From: a virus
DNA length: 64,000 nucleotides
Direction: 5' to 3' (one strand)
IMG/VR virus record: IMGVR_UViG_3300046171_000110
Span: 26,794-90,793 of that record
The notes under the pieces were generated by a model. It was given only the letters and a program-made list of their open reading frames with translations, was not told the origin of the DNA and searched no databases. Position numbers and translations under genes: made by a program. Below are positions 60,819-64,000 of this stretch, piece by piece. How positions within the stretch are numbered: the first letter of the stretch is position 1; each line of letters begins with the position of its first letter.

Positions 60819-61514
60819 TCACAATAAATCCATTATGTCTTGTTCTAAATCATCAGAGTTAAGAAGATTCTTTTTGATTCTCTTCCAAGTATCAGGACTC
60901 TCCTTACTTAACTCCACCTTGAGCACATTGATAGTGTTGTTGGCGATGTTCTGTGTAGGCTCTGCCCATTTTTCTTGGTAAGTCGTCAAATCTTTCAAAG
61001 TCTCTCTTACTTCTTTGTGTAACTTTACCATATCAGATATAACTCCATCATCGTGAACACTGCTCTCTGCCATAAACTGTGCCAGTTTACCGTTTAGCCC
61101 TTGTACATTGTTACGAAGTATGTCAACTTCTTGACCAACATTGATGGCTACTACAGCAGTAGCACCTCTTTTTACTAAAGGTTGGAAATGATGCTTCATA
61201 TGTCTGTAGACCAATTGTTCACTGCAATCTAATTCAGTAGCAATATCTTCTGTAGTCCTGTCACCCTCAAAGTAAGCGACTTCTAACTCGCCTCTATCAT
61301 CACTAGTGCAAACTACACAAGAATGATTTGCCCCTTCATGATAACTACCAGCGTGATTCTTCATATGTCGCTCAGCAGTATTGGCTCTCCAGCCCATATC
61401 TTTGTCTAAGATTCGTGGCTCTGCAATCCCGTCAACTATGTTTTGTTCAAGCATATCACGGTCTTCGTGCTGACAGAAAGGACAGGACCGTTTAGTCTGA
61501 CGCTCACCCGCCAT
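60819..61514 (-). CDS. Putative terminase small subunit / DNA-binding protein with two CxxC..HTH..HxxxH units
   Basis: CPFC..RHMKNH and CVVC..IATELDCSEQLVYRHMKHH, then coiled coil; heads the packaging operon; ATG 61514. Confidence 0.55.
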   Translation of the reverse strand: MAGERQTKRSCPFCQHEDRDMLEQNIVDGIAEPRILDKDMGWRANTAERHMKNHAGSYHEGANHSCVVCTSDDRGELEVAYFEGDRTTEDIATELDCSEQLVYRHMKHHFQPLVKRGATAVVAINVGQEVDILRNNVQGLNGKLAQFMAESSVHDDGVISDMVKLHKEVRETLKDLTTYQEKWAEPTQNIANNTINVLKVELSKESPDTWKRIKKNLLNSDDLEQDIMDLL

Positions 61515-61536
61515 ATATGGCCCATAGCATTTACAC

Positions 61537-61552
61537 GGATAACCCTTTTGAA
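61537..61552. promoter_or_regulatory. Putative back-to-back divergent promoter boxes
   Basis: GGTTATCC (-) 23-30 nt before ATG 61514 and CTTTTGAA (+) 23-30 nt before ATG 61575. Confidence 0.3.
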
Positions 61553-61574
61553 CAAGAAGCCCCAAGCAAGGTGC

Positions 61575-61910
61575 ATGAAACTGCCTAGAATACGACCCAA
61601 AATTATGGGCGTACCCGTTTCTATAGAAACTGCTAGAAGTTTAGCAAAGGCTGGTAGAGACATAGCAATGAGAAGGTATGTTCCAGATGATGTAAAAAGA
61701 AGCAGAATGGAACACTGTATGATATGTCCAAGTTGGGAACACAGTAGTAACAGGTGCTTAGAGTGCGGTTGTCAAATGAGAGTAAAAACTAGCCTTACAT
61801 CAAGCGAATGTCCACTTGGTAAATGGGGTAGACTAGTGATACTAGATGCTGGAGATTCTGCTGTAGATGCCACCGAGCATAAAGAAAGCGCCGAACAAAC
61901 CAGCCACTAA
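61575..61910 (+). CDS. Cys-rich protein (DUF6171-like)
   Basis: R..HC.IC.....RCLECGC....K......CPLGKW, a recurrent phage pattern. Confidence 0.7.
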   Translation: MKLPRIRPKIMGVPVSIETARSLAKAGRDIAMRRYVPDDVKRSRMEHCMICPSWEHSSNRCLECGCQMRVKTSLTSSECPLGKWGRLVILDAGDSAVDATEHKESAEQTSH

Positions 61911-62084
61911 GTAAGCCATAGTGTCACTACTTAGATTATCAGCACCAGTGACTAATATAAGTCCAAGAGTAACTATAATTGCTAGTAACTGAACCATAAC
62001 CATGTCGATTATGACGCTCTTGACTGGTGAAAAAATACTCATAGCCGAACTTGAAAAATTGTAAAGTGGATTATTGTCTATCAT
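61842..62084 (-). CDS. Small membrane protein, two predicted TM helices
   Basis: VIIDMVMVQLLAIIVTLGLILV and MAYLVAGLFGAFFMLGGIY. Confidence 0.7.
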   Translation of the reverse strand: MIDNNPLYNFSSSAMSIFSPVKSVIIDMVMVQLLAIIVTLGLILVTGADNLSSDTMAYLVAGLFGAFFMLGGIYSRISSI

Positions 62085-62728
62085 TATCTCATCCCCATCA
62101 TTCTACCCATGAAACTACCCGCAGCAGTACCTGCTCTGTTCATGAATCCCTCGTCTTGTAAAGCAGCGTTCAAAGCACCTCCCATCATAGACTGCTGTGC
62201 CATTGCTGCAATCTGCTGTTGTTGCATCTCAGCATTCTGTATATTTTGTTGGCTTGTCATTTTGAGGGCATTGAATTGGTTAGACACATTCTCTCCACTC
62301 ATAGTCTGTAGATTCTGAGGTAGACTTGTCACATCCATCTGCATAGTGCCGCCATCTTCATCAATAGTAAACTTAGCAGACTTGAGTATTTCTAATACCG
62401 AAAAACTAACTAGGTCATTAAGTAACTGTAAAAGAGTTTGCATCTGTGCACCTACAATAAATCGGTCAGCGGGAGCAAGGCTCTTCATCAAAGCCAGTAG
62501 TATATCAGTTTCACTAGGTGGCATCATGGGTTGACCCATCATACCTTGTTGCATACCAGCGCCACCCATCATACCTGACATAAAGGGATTTTGGGCAGCC
62601 TGTTGCATCATTCCGCCTTGTGGAGCAAACGGGTTTTGAGTCTGACCCTGTACAGGCATTTGTCCCGGCTGACCTACGCCTAAGTTTAGTGTTCCGCTGC
62701 TTTGCTGATTATTTCCGAATAGTCCCAT
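62084..62728 (-). CDS. Q/M/G-rich low-complexity protein with central helical domain
   Basis: AGGTGA RBS; GGMMQQ-type tracts; two QNPF motifs. Confidence 0.75.
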   Translation of the reverse strand: MGLFGNNQQSSGTLNLGVGQPGQMPVQGQTQNPFAPQGGMMQQAAQNPFMSGMMGGAGMQQGMMGQPMMPPSETDILLALMKSLAPADRFIVGAQMQTLLQLLNDLVSFSVLEILKSAKFTIDEDGGTMQMDVTSLPQNLQTMSGENVSNQFNALKMTSQQNIQNAEMQQQQIAAMAQQSMMGGALNAALQDEGFMNRAGTAAGSFMGRMMGMR

Positions 62729-62736
62729 TATATCAC

Positions 62737-63762
62737 CTATTGTTGAGGGAGGCTCATCTGTTCTGATTGTTCCAAGGTGTTTTGATTGATAACACCATTG
62801 GTCGTGTTATTTACTGCCATGCCAAGTGTGCCTCCAGCACTTGGTGCAACATTTTGAGTAATTCCTAAATTAGCAATCGCATCACTGAGTTGGGGGTTGG
62901 TTGCTAATATCTCTTTTTGGAACAGTCTCAAATCGAAATATATAGCAGTAATGTCGTTGATTCCAGTTTCTGGATTTTTATAATGTATCAGGCTGATACC
63001 GGACTGTGTCTTAGAATCTTTTTCTAATTCCATAAAGAAAGGCTCATACTTTTTTAGGAACTCTGGAGTGTTGTCTTTCTTTTTGACTATAGAAATTGGT
63101 ACTGCTACTGTAGACACTCCCTTTTTCATCATTTCTTTAAGTCCAGTTCTAGTTTTGTTATGGTCCTTATCTGCCTCTAATTCCCACTTACACAGTAGAT
63201 GATACAAGTGAAGATGCTCAGGGCAGTATGTACCCTTCATTTTTCTACCATTGGTGACTTGCTCTCTAGCAACAAATGGTTCTGGGGTCTGCGTTACTGG
63301 GTTTCTCCAATATAAATCCCACAAACTTTGACCGCTTTCTTCATCGGTAATCTTAGCATACAAATTGTCGTATTTGATGAGTTCTTCGCAATTACATCCA
63401 TCAACTACGCACAAGTTACTTTGTCTATTGTATCGGTATTTACGACCCCATATCCATCTGACAGGGTTATACCAAGCCCGCTTTGTTGGTGTTAATAACT
63501 TCCTAGCCTGCTTGATGTCTTGCTTTCTTGCTTTTCTTGGGTCAGGGTTCCTGCTTGGATAAAAGTTAACTTTCGGTACTTCGATATTCTGCTTAACTGC
63601 GACTTCTTTCATACCTTGTTGAGCAGCCTGCATCTCAAGTAACTGCTCATGACTAGCATTACCTTGTTGCCCTAAAGCAGCCAAATGAGCCTGACTCATA
63701 TTCGCTAAGTTCGCATCGCCTTGTGGCACTCTTCCATATCCTCCAAATCCCCAATTGTTCAT
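62737..63762 (-). CDS. Hypothetical protein with Cys/His cluster and Q/N-rich ends
   Basis: GGTGG RBS; CVVDGCNC and YCPEHLHLYH. Confidence 0.75.
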   Translation of the reverse strand: MNNWGFGGYGRVPQGDANLANMSQAHLAALGQQGNASHEQLLEMQAAQQGMKEVAVKQNIEVPKVNFYPSRNPDPRKARKQDIKQARKLLTPTKRAWYNPVRWIWGRKYRYNRQSNLCVVDGCNCEELIKYDNLYAKITDEESGQSLWDLYWRNPVTQTPEPFVAREQVTNGRKMKGTYCPEHLHLYHLLCKWELEADKDHNKTRTGLKEMMKKGVSTVAVPISIVKKKDNTPEFLKKYEPFFMELEKDSKTQSGISLIHYKNPETGINDITAIYFDLRLFQKEILATNPQLSDAIANLGITQNVAPSAGGTLGMAVNNTTNGVINQNTLEQSEQMSLPQQ

Positions 63763-63770
63763 CTTACCAC

Positions 63771-63998
63771 CTAACTAAGTAAATCTAACATCGTATTTTC
63801 TACATTCCAACCTATTTTTGTTGCCATCATACCACGCTTTGTAGGTACTCCGGCCTTTTGAAGTCTAACTAAATCCTCTCTAAAGGGGTCGAATATCCTA
63901 TGTTCACCCAATCTTTGCTGCTGCCAAAGGACATTTGCTTGGTCATCCCACCATTGGTCAGCCTTATTTGCGACCAACATTATCAATTTAGGTGCGTA
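63771..63998 (-). CDS. Small GTPase-like protein, C-terminal part (5' end outside window)
   Basis: Frame open to the window edge: PKLIMLVANKAD (G4 NKxD after a hydrophobic strand) and MMATKIGWNVENTM (G5/SAK-like plus final helix). Confidence 0.65.
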   Translation of the reverse strand, partial: YAPKLIMLVANKADQWWDDQANVLWQQQRLGEHRIFDPFREDLVRLQKAGVPTKRGMMATKIGWNVENTMLDLLS

Positions 63999-64000
63999 TT

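Larger units (their letters stand above)
1..64000. mobile_element. Tailed archaeal virus genome segment (Caudoviricetes; likely Poseidoniales/MGII magrovirus-like)
   Basis: TerL, portal, HK97 protease, MCP and tail genes occur with archaeal-type primase, XPF, MCM-like ATPase and thermosome; GGTGA RBSs; no cellular housekeeping genes. Host is inferred. Confidence 0.9.

Noticed and set aside
61617-61630. Perfect 14-bp palindrome GTTTCTATAGAAAC, with a partial look-alike near 44426
   Set aside because: Inside coding sequence; one such palindrome is expected by chance in 64 kb.

Overview
A 64-kb segment of a tailed dsDNA archaeal virus (HK97-fold Caudoviricetes). Gene content and order, archaeal GGTGA-type RBSs and TATA-like boxes suggest a Marine Group II (Poseidoniales) 'magrovirus'; the host is inferred, not shown. 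The + strand (1-8862) is an archaeal-type replication block: PolB C-terminus, Cas4/RecB-like nuclease, PriS-PriL fused primase, XPF/ERCC4 nuclease, MCM-like ATPase, 3'-5' exonuclease, a frameshifted group II chaperonin, a GNAT and several Zn-finger microproteins. It converges with a ~55-kb - strand morphogenesis block. In transcription order this holds a small-GTPase-like gene cut by the window edge, candidate TerS, three unknown proteins, TerL, a LAGLIDADG protein, portal, a giant protein with a degenerate DNA-ligase fold, prohead protease-scaffold, major capsid protein, neck, tail tube, G/GT-like chaperones, a miniature tape measure, two paralogous distal-tail proteins and a ~5,800-aa tail protein split by four probable sequencing indels. 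Most interesting observations: (i) a recurrent hydrophobic-x-Lys motif and an 'AWxxLxK' cassette that may form a protease-processed capsid cargo system; (ii) a ligase fold lacking its catalytic lysine inside the head module; (iii) a long-tail assembly kit with only a 136-aa tape measure; (iv) a viral small GTPase next to low-complexity and membrane proteins. No tRNA, rRNA, CRISPR array or IS element was recognised. All family calls come from motif reading by eye, not database searches.
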